In this document: positions 40,068 through 48,814 of the stretch, one piece after another
Layout: every line of letters begins with the position of its first letter
Position numbering within the stretch: position 1 is the first letter of the stretch
Source: an uncultured delta proteobacterium
GTDB lineage: Bacteria; Myxococcota; Myxococcia; Myxococcales; Myxococcaceae
Direction of reading: 5' to 3'
Assembly (NCBI GenBank): GCA_963713045.1
Contig: CAVQKE010000003.1
Span: 1,152,001-1,216,000 of the forward strand
DNA length: 64,000 nt
Translations under genes and position numbers: made by a program
The notes under the pieces: generated by a model
Databases searched by the model: none
Told to the model about the DNA's origin: nothing
The model's input: the letters and a program-made list of their open reading frames with translations, nothing else

Positions 40068-40823
40068 ATGCGCAGAACGCCCAGGCGGTGGTGGCTGGCC
40101 TGCATGCCTTTGCTGGCCCTGGCAGGGTGCGGTTCTCAAGTCGCGCCGGATTACCCGGGCCAGCCACTGGTGTCGCTCACCGGGCAGGTGACGAGTACTT
40201 CCCGGGTGCCGTCGGGGCAGGTGGAGGTGGCCCTGCTCTGGCAGCGCGGGCCGCCTCCCAGCACCGGGGACGAGTCGCTCGCCACCACCGCCGCCGTCCA
40301 GGGCGAATTCCCCGCGCAATTCGTCCTCCACCTGTACCACCCGCCGCCCCCGGCGGCGTTGGAGGCACTGCAAGCGGGCGAGGTGAGTTTTGCCCGAGCC
40401 AATGCGGCCGTTCTCCCCGAAGACGTCGCAACCGTCGCGAAAAACCTAGCCTCGCAAGCCAATGCGCCGGCCAGCGACATCTCCACCACCGCCTACGCGC
40501 TGGATGAGTTGCACTGGTTCCTCTTCCTCAACCAAGACGTGCCCGCCAACTCCCTGACGGAATGGTGGCTCGGCGGGGCGCTGCCCGCCGGCTACCACCT
40601 CCTCAACGTGCTGGCCACCAGCTCGGCCTGTCTCCAGCCTGCCCAGGTGGCCGCCTGCGTCGCCCTTCTTGCCCAGCGCGGCGTCCCGGATGTGCCGTCG
40701 GGAGACGGCGAGGCGACCGGCTACTGCACCGCCACCTACCGGCTGCAGCCGGCGTCCTTTTCCGAAGGCATTACGCTGCAAATTGGCGGAACCCAGTCGT
40801 TTCCCGTTGCGCCTTGCCCATGA
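40068..40823 (+). CDS. Hypothetical lipoprotein
   Basis: Lipobox LAGC, PDYPGQPLVSLTG, GEFPAQFVLHLYHPPP; stop overlaps the sigma start (ATGA). Confidence 0.8.
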   Translation: MRRTPRRWWLACMPLLALAGCGSQVAPDYPGQPLVSLTGQVTSTSRVPSGQVEVALLWQRGPPPSTGDESLATTAAVQGEFPAQFVLHLYHPPPPAALEALQAGEVSFARANAAVLPEDVATVAKNLASQANAPASDISTTAYALDELHWFLFLNQDVPANSLTEWWLGGALPAGYHLLNVLATSSACLQPAQVAACVALLAQRGVPDVPSGDGEATGYCTATYRLQPASFSEGITLQIGGTQSFPVAPCP

Positions 40824-41308
40824 CGCAGGACGCAGCCGCGGTGGAGCAGCTGTACCGAACGCACGGCCACGTGGTGCTGCGCCGGGCCCGGACATTGCTC
40901 GGCAACGACGTCGAGGCGGATGAGGCACTGCAGGACATTTTTGCTGGCCTGTTGCGCGCGCCGACGGCCCTCCGCGCCCCTGGCTCGGTGGTGGCTTGGC
41001 TGTATCAGGCCACCACCCACTTCTGCCTCAACCAGTTGCGGAACCGCCGCACCGGACTGCGGCTATTGGACCGGCACGTCCGGCCGGCGCAAGCCAGCAC
41101 CGAGGCACCCCGCGGCGAGGCGCTGGCCGCGGTGCGCCAGCTGCTCCGTCGTCTGCCTGAGCCGCTGGCCGCCGTCCTCGTCTACCACCACCTGGACGGC
41201 ATGACGCAGGAAGAAATCTCCACCGTGCTCGGCTGCTCGCGACGTCAGGTGGGCTATTTGTTGGAGCGGGCGCACGCCTCGCTCCAGTCGGAGGAACGCA
41301 GCGCATGA
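40820..41308 (+). CDS. ECF RNA polymerase sigma factor
   Basis: Region 2 (LYRTHG…EADEALQDIF…WLYQATTHFCLNQLR) and region 4 (DGMTQEEISTVLGCSRRQV), 162 aa. Confidence 0.93.
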   Translation: MTQDAAAVEQLYRTHGHVVLRRARTLLGNDVEADEALQDIFAGLLRAPTALRAPGSVVAWLYQATTHFCLNQLRNRRTGLRLLDRHVRPAQASTEAPRGEALAAVRQLLRRLPEPLAAVLVYHHLDGMTQEEISTVLGCSRRQVGYLLERAHASLQSEERSA

Positions 41309-42015
41309 ATGCCTTGCTTGAGGAGGCGCGCTGGCCGGCGTGCCTGTCCGCTTACCGCCTCGACCGCTTCAGGCTGGGGGAGCTCCCGCCCGGAGAAGCC
41401 ACCGACGTCCGGACGCACCTCGCCGGATGCGAGAAATGTCGTGCGGCGGAGGCGCTCCTCTCTTCTGCCGAGGCAGACTACTCCGCCCTGGTCCCGCCCC
41501 TTCGCCGCTCCCCGCGGGCCGGGCGGGCCGTGGCCTGGGGCGTGGGCGCGGCGGCGCTGGCCGCGCTGTGCCTTGTGGCCCTCCGCCCGGCCGCAATGCA
41601 AGTGCGCACCAAGGGTCCGGCCACCTCGCTGGGGATGTACGTCCAGCACGACCAGACGGTGCGCCGCGCGCTGCCGGGCGAGGCGGTGGCGCCGGGAGAC
41701 GTGGTCCGCTTCGTCTACTCCAGCCGGGAGCCACGCTTTCTGGCCATCCTCAGCGTCGACGGCGCTGGGGTGGCTTCGGTGTACTTCCCCAACGGCCCGC
41801 AGGCGATGCGCATGCCGGCCGCGGAGGACACGCCCTTGCCCCTCGGCACCCGCCTCGACGGCACCCTCGGCGAGGAGCACGTGGTCGCCCTCTTCTGCGA
41901 GCACTCCCAGGAGCTCGAGCCAGTCCGTCGCGCGCTTCAGGCCGCCTCGGCGGCGCTTCCCGAGGTGCCGGGCTGCACCCTGGCCACCTTCCACTTCAGC
42001 AAGCGGGCTCCGTGA
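41305..42015 (+). CDS. Zinc-binding anti-sigma factor with TM helix and periplasmic DUF4384-like domain
   Basis: HLAGCEKC (HxxxCxxC), TM AVAWGVGAAALAALCLVAL, then PGDVVRF…LAILSVDGAGVASVYFP. Confidence 0.85.
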   Translation: MNALLEEARWPACLSAYRLDRFRLGELPPGEATDVRTHLAGCEKCRAAEALLSSAEADYSALVPPLRRSPRAGRAVAWGVGAAALAALCLVALRPAAMQVRTKGPATSLGMYVQHDQTVRRALPGEAVAPGDVVRFVYSSREPRFLAILSVDGAGVASVYFPNGPQAMRMPAAEDTPLPLGTRLDGTLGEEHVVALFCEHSQELEPVRRALQAASAALPEVPGCTLATFHFSKRAP

Positions 42016-43561
42016 GAGGGGGGCTCGCCGCCGCCCTCCTCCTCCTCGCTGCGCCGGCTCGGGCCGAGGTGGAACGCTTCGCGGTGGTGGTGGGCAACAA
42101 CCTGGGCTCCGGTGAGGACGCGCCGCTGCGCTACGCCGAGTCGGATGCCGCCCGGGTGGCAACCGTGCTGCGGGAAGTGGGCGACGTGCGCCCGGCCAAC
42201 CTGGTCCTGCTGCGGGGTGAAGACGCGGACACGGTGCGGCGCACGCTGATTGCCGTCAATGAGCGCGTCCGGGCGGCCGGCAGCCAGACCGTGCTGCTCG
42301 TCTTCTACAGCGGCCATGCGGACGCCGAGGCCCTGCATTTGGGCCGCTCTCGACTGGAGCTGTCGGAGCTGGAGCAGCTGGTGCGCGGCTCAGCCGCCCG
42401 CTTTCGGCTGCTGGTCCTCGACGCCTGCCGCTCTGGGGCGCTGACCCGGGTGAAGGGCGGCACGCCGGTGCCGCCCTTTGACGTCCAGGTGAGCGAGCGG
42501 GTGCCGGGAGAGGGGGCGGTGTTTCTCACCTCCAGCTCGGCGTCCGAGGACAGCCAGGAGTCCGATGAGTTGAAGGGAAGCTTCTTCACTCAGGCACTGG
42601 TGTCCGGTTTGCTTGGCGCCGCGGACGCCGATGGCGATGGGAAGGTGACGCTGCGAGAGGCCTACGCCTATGCCTACGCCGCCACGCTGCGCGCATCGAG
42701 CAAGAGCTGGGCGGGCACACAGCACCCCACCTTCCAGTACGAATTTCGCGGCCAAGGCGACTTTGTCCTCACCGTCCTGCAGGACCCGCAGGGCACCCGT
42801 GGCTGGGTGGTGTTTCCGCCCGGCCGGACGTACCTCCTCTTCCAAGACTCGGCCGACGGGCAGGTGGTGGGGGAAGTGGCCGCGGGCGACAACGTGCGGC
42901 GGCTCAGCGTCCGCCCGGGCCGCTACTTCGTCCGCGGGCGCGCCCCGGACGTCCTCCTCGAAGGGACGGTGGAGGTGGCGGCCGGGAGCACCGTCACCAT
43001 TGACGACTCCCAGTTGACGCGCACCGCCTACGCCCGGCTGGTGCGCAAAGGCGAAGGCGCCCGAGAGTCGGTGCAGGGCCTGCAGGCGGCATTCACCGCC
43101 AGCACCGCGCTTTCAGACGCCAGCAGCGCCTGCCTCGGCGTCGTCGCCGGCTATGCCATGGAATTCAAGGCCCTCACCGTCATCCCTCGGTTGGCCTACT
43201 GCCATTCGGGCTTCAGCAACCAGGACTTGAGCGCCAGCGTCAACCAGGTGGACGTCGAGGTGCGCGGCGCCTACGTCTGGGACTTCTCCTGGGTGTCGCT
43301 GGAGGTGGGGCTGACATTGGGCGGGGCGTGGCTGCAGCAAAGCTTCCAAACCGATGGTCTGGCGCCCCCCGCAGCACCCTGGCACTGCAAATCAGCCCGG
43401 ACCTGGCAGTGGCTTGCGAACTCGGAGACCGGGCCTACCTCTTCCTCGAGCTCGCAGCCGCCACCTACCTCTACCAAATGCAGGACACCCTCACCGGGCA
43501 GTCCCACTTCGGGCCGTCCTTCAGCGGCCGGCTGACGCTGGGCGTCGGCTGGCGCTTTTAG
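42012..43561 (+). CDS. Exported caspase-family (C14) protease with probable C-terminal outer-membrane barrel, interrupted by a 1-nt frameshift near 43365-43370
   Basis: Signal peptide, LRYAESDA, dyad YSGH and DACRSG, EF-hand-like DADGDGKVTLRE. As read, the ORF stops at 43535, but amphipathic strands continue in the -1 frame to …LTLGVGWRF* at 43561. Confidence 0.85.
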
Positions 43562-43562
43562 G

Positions 43563-44411
43563 TTACGGCTTGGCGATGGGGGCGCCGATGAGGTTTCCGT
43601 ATTCGGTCCAGCTGCCGTCGTAGTTGCGCACCTTGGGGAAGCCGAGCAGGTAGCTGAGGACGAACCAGGTATGGCTGCTGCGCTCGCCAATCCGGCAGTA
43701 GGCGATGGTGGGCTGCTTGGGGTCGAGCTTTTTCTGGTCCAGGTAAATGCTGCGTAGCTCGTCGGGACTCTTGAAGAAGCCGGTTTCGGTGTTGACGGCG
43801 GTGCTCCAGGGAATGCTGGCGGCCCCTGGCACGTGACCGCCCCGCTGCGCGGTCTCACTCATCCCCGGCGGAGCGATGACTTTGCCGGTGAATTCGTCCG
43901 GGCTACGGACGTCGACCAGCGCCTCGCGCGTCTTGCTGGCCGCCAGCACGTCTGGGGCATAGGCCCGCAGCGAGAGGTCCACCTTGGGGACGCGGTAGGC
44001 GCTTGCAGGGAAGGTGGGCACCTCCGGGGTGAGTGGCGCGCCCGGGGCGTTGAGCCAGGCCGCGCGCCCGCCGTTGAGGAGACGGACGTCCTGGTGTCCG
44101 TAAATTTTGAAGAGCCAGAAGCCGTAGGCGGCGAACCAGTTGCTTGCGTCCCCGTAAATAATCACGGTGTCGGAATTCTTGATTCCGGCGTGGCGGAGCA
44201 GAGTTTCGAAGCCCTCTTTGGAGATGATGTCGCGGTTCAACTGGTCCTGCAGCTGTGTCGTCCAGTCGAAGCCCACGGCGCCGGGAATGTGGCCGGCGGC
44301 GTACAGCTTCGGGTCGACGTCCACCTCCACCACACGGATGGTCGGCTTGTTGAGGTTTTGCTTCAGCCAGTCGATGGAGACCAGCACTTCGGGATGCGCG
44401 TATTCAGCCAT
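43563..44411 (-). CDS. Thiosulfate sulfurtransferase (tandem rhodanese, CysA/SseA type)
   Basis: YAHPEVLVS, GHIPGA, DVRSPDEFTG, active site CRIGERSS, YDGSWTEYG. Confidence 0.95.
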   Translation of the reverse strand: MAEYAHPEVLVSIDWLKQNLNKPTIRVVEVDVDPKLYAAGHIPGAVGFDWTTQLQDQLNRDIISKEGFETLLRHAGIKNSDTVIIYGDASNWFAAYGFWLFKIYGHQDVRLLNGGRAAWLNAPGAPLTPEVPTFPASAYRVPKVDLSLRAYAPDVLAASKTREALVDVRSPDEFTGKVIAPPGMSETAQRGGHVPGAASIPWSTAVNTETGFFKSPDELRSIYLDQKKLDPKQPTIAYCRIGERSSHTWFVLSYLLGFPKVRNYDGSWTEYGNLIGAPIAKP

Positions 44412-44525
44412 GACGGGAACTTCCTTTGTGTTGGGTTGGAAGACAGCAGCGTCCCGCCTGGCCCTTCCGAGCGGGACATAGCGAGGGGACCGCGAGCCAC
44501 TGCGACGTCGGGCGCGGGTTGTGGG

Positions 44526-45494
44526 TCATGACTCCACCGCCAATTCAGGAAGGTGTTTCAGCATGTTCGAGCTGTACTTGAAGACGCTGTCGCAAAAAAT
44601 GAGGACGCCGCAGTCCACTTTGGAGCGCTCCGCGACTCGCCGGGCCCCTTCAAAGATGAGCCCCGAGCTCGGGCCAGCAAGCAGTCCTTCGGCACGGGCC
44701 AGGTCGCGGGCACGGCTGTAGGCGAATTCAAAGTCCACTTCCAAAATTTCGTCGATGAGCGAGGGGTCGAAAAGCTTGCTGACGTCGAGCTCAGACACAT
44801 TGCGAAGCCCCGGGACGTCATGGCCCGCTGAAGGCTGGACGGCGATGACTTTCACCCCCGGCTTCTTCGCCTTGAGGAAGGTGGCGACGCCAGTCACCGT
44901 GCCGCAGGTCCCGAGGCTGGTGAAGACGTGGCTGACGCGGCCGTTCGTCTGTCGCCAGATTTCGGGCCCGGTGGTGCGAATGTGCGCCTCGACGTTGTGA
45001 CGGTTCTCATACTGGTTGGCCATCACGTACTTCTCGCCTTGAGCCTTGGCGTACGTCTTGGCGAGGCCAATGGTGCCGTCCTCGCTCCCCGGCAACGGGC
45101 ACAGCGCGTCCTGCACCACGTCCACCGCTGCCCCCAGGACCCTCAGCAGCACCTTCTTCTCCTCTGGCACCTTGGAGGGCACCACCGCCCGCATCGGGTA
45201 GCCGCGCACCGCGGCCAGGGCCGCCAGGCTGATGCCAGTGTTTCCTGAGGTGGGCTCGACGACGCCGCGCCCGGGATGCGCAGGACCGAGTTCACCCCGC
45301 TCCTCGAGGTCCCGGAGCATCGCCCAGGCGGGCCGGTCCTTCACCGAACCGAAGGGATTGAGCCACTCCAGCTTCGCCCAAAATTCACTCCCGTTGGCCG
45401 GCACCATTCGGTTGAGGCGCACCAGCGGGGAAGGGTTTTCCTCGTCGGGAAGCATCTCGAGGATGTCGTTGTAGACGCGTGCGGAGTGGTCCAT
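44526..45494 (-). CDS. PLP-dependent cysteine synthase family protein
   Basis: KLEWLNPFGSVKDR (PLP Lys), EPTSGNTG, GTCGT, GPSSG; RBS AGGA before the ATG at 45494. Confidence 0.92.
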   Translation of the reverse strand: MDHSARVYNDILEMLPDEENPSPLVRLNRMVPANGSEFWAKLEWLNPFGSVKDRPAWAMLRDLEERGELGPAHPGRGVVEPTSGNTGISLAALAAVRGYPMRAVVPSKVPEEKKVLLRVLGAAVDVVQDALCPLPGSEDGTIGLAKTYAKAQGEKYVMANQYENRHNVEAHIRTTGPEIWRQTNGRVSHVFTSLGTCGTVTGVATFLKAKKPGVKVIAVQPSAGHDVPGLRNVSELDVSKLFDPSLIDEILEVDFEFAYSRARDLARAEGLLAGPSSGLIFEGARRVAERSKVDCGVLIFCDSVFKYSSNMLKHLPELAVES

Positions 45495-45603
45495 AGGTTC
45501 CTGGGGGGTGGGTAGGGACTCCGAGGGCCAAAACCAACCGCGGAGTCCGACAGGCGTCCCCTTCTGGGGACAACAGATGCTGAAGGCAGCCGAACGGTTC
45601 AGC
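45495..45603 (-). promoter_or_regulatory. Structured leader or attenuator upstream of cysteine synthase
   Basis: Three inverted repeats: 45579-45584/45598-45603 (covers the leader stop), 45556-45561/45566-45571 and 45516-45523/45541-45548. Confidence 0.6.
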
Positions 45604-45682
45604 GCCGACAACAGCGACAACACGCACGCCCTGCCGGCGGCCGCCCGGGCACAAGACGTACGGTGTCGACGGAGTCACTCAC
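45599..45682 (-). CDS. Putative cysteine-rich leader peptide (MSDSVDTVRLVPGRPPAGRACCRCCRR)
   Basis: Ends TGT TGT CGC TGT TGT CGG CGC TGA, 104 nt before the cysteine synthase start. GTG start at 45682 or 45652. Confidence 0.65.
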   Translation of the reverse strand: MSDSVDTVRLVPGRPPAGRACCRCCRR

Positions 45683-45852
45683 GGAGGCTGAAGCGAAGCT
45701 TAGCGCCCTCCGCCGCGGCGTGCACCAGTGGGGGGCCCGACCGGCGGGTGGAGGCGGCCCCATGGCTGTCAGGGCCCCCCCGGAAGGCTTGTCGGAAGGC
45801 CAAACCCCGGGCACTGTCAGCTGCCTTTTCCCCGGGGGAGGGAGGAACCGTC

Positions 45853-47064
45853 ATGCGCCAGGTAGGAGCCCTCGTCCTCGCCTTGGTCCTCGGCGGCACC
45901 ACTGCTCGGGCGGACGTCCTCGGGGACTGGACCGACATTGCCGTCGGCATGGCCACCAGCGCCAAGCAGCCGGCCCATGTCCAGGCTCGGACGTTGGCCA
46001 TGGTGCACGTCGCGATGTTCGACACCCTCAACGCCGTCGACGCGCGCTACACGCCCTACAAGGTGAAGCCCGTCCCCAGCGTGGGCACGTCGGCCGAAGC
46101 GGCTGCGGCGGTGGCGGCACACGACGTCCTGGTGGCGGTGTTCCCCACCGAGGCGGCACGTCTGGACGCCGCGCTGGACATCTCCTTGGTGCGGGTGACG
46201 GACGCGGGCGTACGCGCCAGTAGCCTTGCCCTGGGGCAACGCGTCGCGGCCGCCATTCTCGCCCTGCGCGCCTCGGACGGTTCCGACGCGGCCGAAAGCT
46301 GGCGGCCGCTGACGCCGGCGGGCCTCTACATCCCCACCACCCTGCCCATCGGTTCAAACTGGGGCAAAGTCACGCCCTGGGTGCTGGAGAAGGCGGACCA
46401 ATTTCGTCCCGCTGCACCGCTCGCCCTCAGCAGCAGCGAGTGGGCACGGGACTACAACGAAGCGAAGGCGGTGGGCGGCCGCAACAGCTCCACCCGGACG
46501 GCGGCCCAGACGGAGGCGGCGCGCTTTTGGGCCGGCCCCACTCCGGCTCTCAACACCGCGGCGGTCCGGGCAGAAATGGACGTCGGAGGCCGCTCTCTTG
46601 TGCAAAACGCCCGCCTTCTCGCCCTGGCTTCCCTGGCACAAGCGGACGCCTTCATCGCTGTCTTCGACGCGAAATACGCCTACAACTTCTGGCGCCCCCT
46701 GACTGCCATTCGGGACGGGGACCTCGACCAGAATGACGCCACGGCGCCGGACGCCACCTGGGAGCCGCTGGTGGAGACGCCCCTCAACCCTGAATACCCT
46801 TGCGCCCACTGCATTGCTGCCAGCGCGGTGGCTGCGGTGCTGGAGAGGGAATTTGGAGCGAAACTCCGCAGCTTCCGGCTGAGCAGCCCCGGAGTCCCGA
46901 AGGCCACCCATTCCTGGAGCCGCCTTTCGGACTTCGTGGGCGAAGTCTCCAACGCCCCGGTGTGGGGAGGCGTCCACTTCCGGAATTCGACGGTGGTGGG
47001 CGTCGCCATGGGACGGAAGATTGGCGACTACACTTGGGAGAAGGTACTCCGCCCCCTGAAATAA
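45853..47064 (+). CDS. Exported vanadium haloperoxidase / PAP2-like protein
   Basis: RBS GGAGG, signal peptide, AMVHVAMFD, DAKYAYNFWRP, EYPCAH, GGVHFR. Confidence 0.88.
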   Translation: MRQVGALVLALVLGGTTARADVLGDWTDIAVGMATSAKQPAHVQARTLAMVHVAMFDTLNAVDARYTPYKVKPVPSVGTSAEAAAAVAAHDVLVAVFPTEAARLDAALDISLVRVTDAGVRASSLALGQRVAAAILALRASDGSDAAESWRPLTPAGLYIPTTLPIGSNWGKVTPWVLEKADQFRPAAPLALSSSEWARDYNEAKAVGGRNSSTRTAAQTEAARFWAGPTPALNTAAVRAEMDVGGRSLVQNARLLALASLAQADAFIAVFDAKYAYNFWRPLTAIRDGDLDQNDATAPDATWEPLVETPLNPEYPCAHCIAASAVAAVLEREFGAKLRSFRLSSPGVPKATHSWSRLSDFVGEVSNAPVWGGVHFRNSTVVGVAMGRKIGDYTWEKVLRPLK

Positions 47065-47157
47065 CACGCCGGCTGGGAGGACGCCTCCGGCCGCCCCCAG
47101 GGGGCTTGTTGCTGTTTCGCCCGGGCTGGCCGACGGGGTTAAGAGGCCCAACCGGAC

Positions 47158-47967
47158 GTGGCCCCTTCCATCGTCGACGCGCATACCCATCTTTTCCCGG
47201 AACGGCTCGCGGCGGCCATCCGTGCCTTCTTTGTCCAGTACCTCTCGCCCGACGCGTTCCACTACCCACACGCCTGGCGCGAGGCACGCGGCGTCCTCCA
47301 GGCCGCGGGCCTCTCCCGCTGCTGGAGTCTGCCCTACGTCCGGCAGCCGAAGGGTGCCCCGGCCCTCAACCGGTGGATGGCGGAGACGTTTGCCGACGAC
47401 GCCTTCGTCGAGCCCGGCGCCACTGTCCACCCGGGCGATGACGTCCGCGCCGTGGTGGAGGAGGCGGTGAAGATGCTCGGCCTTCGGCTCTTCAAGCTGC
47501 ATTGCTCCGTCGGGAACTTCGCCCTGACGGACCAGCGCCTCGACCCCCTGTGGCGGCGCCTTTCCGAGGCAGGCATGCCGGTGGTGGTGCACCTCGGCCG
47601 CTCGGTGGCGGGAAATACCGAAGGCAGCGAGCTGGCGGACCTGGAAGCCATGGCCCGGCGCTGGCCCTCGGCGAAAATCATCCTCGCCCATTGCGCCGCC
47701 CCGGCGGTTGAGGAGGCCCTCGCCCTGTTGCGGCGCTACCCCAACCTCCACGCCGACCTCACCCCGGTCGTCTTTCATCTGGCCCCGCTACAGCCGGGAA
47801 GCCTCGCCGGCCTCGAGGACCGCATCCTCTTTGGCTCGGACATGCCCAACGTGGTGGTCAAGGTCGAGGACGCGCTGCAGGCCATCCGGGCGCTTGGCCT
47901 CTCAGCGGAACACGAGGCGCAGGTGCTGGGGGGAAACGCCGAACGCCTCCTCCCCAGCCGCCGGTAA
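47158..47967 (+). CDS. Amidohydrolase_2 family protein
   Basis: VDAHTH, FKLH, VVHLG, ILAHC, ILFGSD. Confidence 0.88.
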   Translation: MAPSIVDAHTHLFPERLAAAIRAFFVQYLSPDAFHYPHAWREARGVLQAAGLSRCWSLPYVRQPKGAPALNRWMAETFADDAFVEPGATVHPGDDVRAVVEEAVKMLGLRLFKLHCSVGNFALTDQRLDPLWRRLSEAGMPVVVHLGRSVAGNTEGSELADLEAMARRWPSAKIILAHCAAPAVEEALALLRRYPNLHADLTPVVFHLAPLQPGSLAGLEDRILFGSDMPNVVVKVEDALQAIRALGLSAEHEAQVLGGNAERLLPSRR

Positions 47968-48160
47968 GCAGCTCAAGGAGTCCAGCATCGGACAACCGAA
48001 TGCTGGGGCCCGCCTTTCACCGATGCTGGAGTGGGCGATAAGACGAGTCACTCGCAGCATGCGACTTAGACGTTGAGTTATTTCGCACGTTTTGTAGAAG
48101 GCCTCGTCGGTGACTCCCCCCTAAAGGGCCACCATCCCCTTCCGCGCAGGCCCTGAACGA

Positions 48161-48814
48161 ATGCCCCTCTTCCCACGCTGGACGAATACGGTTTCTCGGG
48201 TGAGCGTGGTCCTTCTTCTGGCTTTTCCGGCCGTGACCATCGCCGGGCTCCTCATCCTGGTCCGCTCGCCCTATGGAACGAAGGTCAACCGAGAGGTGGT
48301 CCAGCCCATCCAGTTTGACCACCGGCACCATGTCGGCGACGAAGGCATCGACTGTCGGTATTGCCATTACACGGTGGAGCGGTCTCCCAACGCCGGAATG
48401 CCTGCCACCCAGGTGTGCATGAGTTGCCATGCCCAGGTGTGGAACAAGAGCCCGCTGCTGGGACTGGTGCGTGAGTACTACTTCAAAGACCGCCCCATTC
48501 CGTGGAACAGCGTCCACAACCTGCCGGACTTCGTCTACTTCAACCACTCCATCCACGTGAATAAGGGCGTGGGCTGTGCCAGCTGTCACGGCCGAGTGGA
48601 CCACATGCCGCAGGTTGAGCAGGTCTCCCCCCTCACCATGTCCTGGTGCCTCGAGTGTCACCGGGCGCCGGAGAAGAATCTCCGCCCGGTGGAATTCATG
48701 ACCAGCATGACTTGGAAGCCGGAACCGGGCGTCGATGGCGAGAAGCTCGGTTCGGATTTGGCCAAGCTGTACAACGTCCACACGCGAACCTCGTGCGACA
48801 CATGCCACCGATGA
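48161..48814 (+). CDS. actA: Alternative complex III pentaheme cytochrome c subunit
   Basis: N-terminal TM, five CxxCH (CRYCH, CMSCH, CASCH, CLECH, CDTCH), LPDFVYFNHS. Confidence 0.93.
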   Translation: MPLFPRWTNTVSRVSVVLLLAFPAVTIAGLLILVRSPYGTKVNREVVQPIQFDHRHHVGDEGIDCRYCHYTVERSPNAGMPATQVCMSCHAQVWNKSPLLGLVREYYFKDRPIPWNSVHNLPDFVYFNHSIHVNKGVGCASCHGRVDHMPQVEQVSPLTMSWCLECHRAPEKNLRPVEFMTSMTWKPEPGVDGEKLGSDLAKLYNVHTRTSCDTCHR

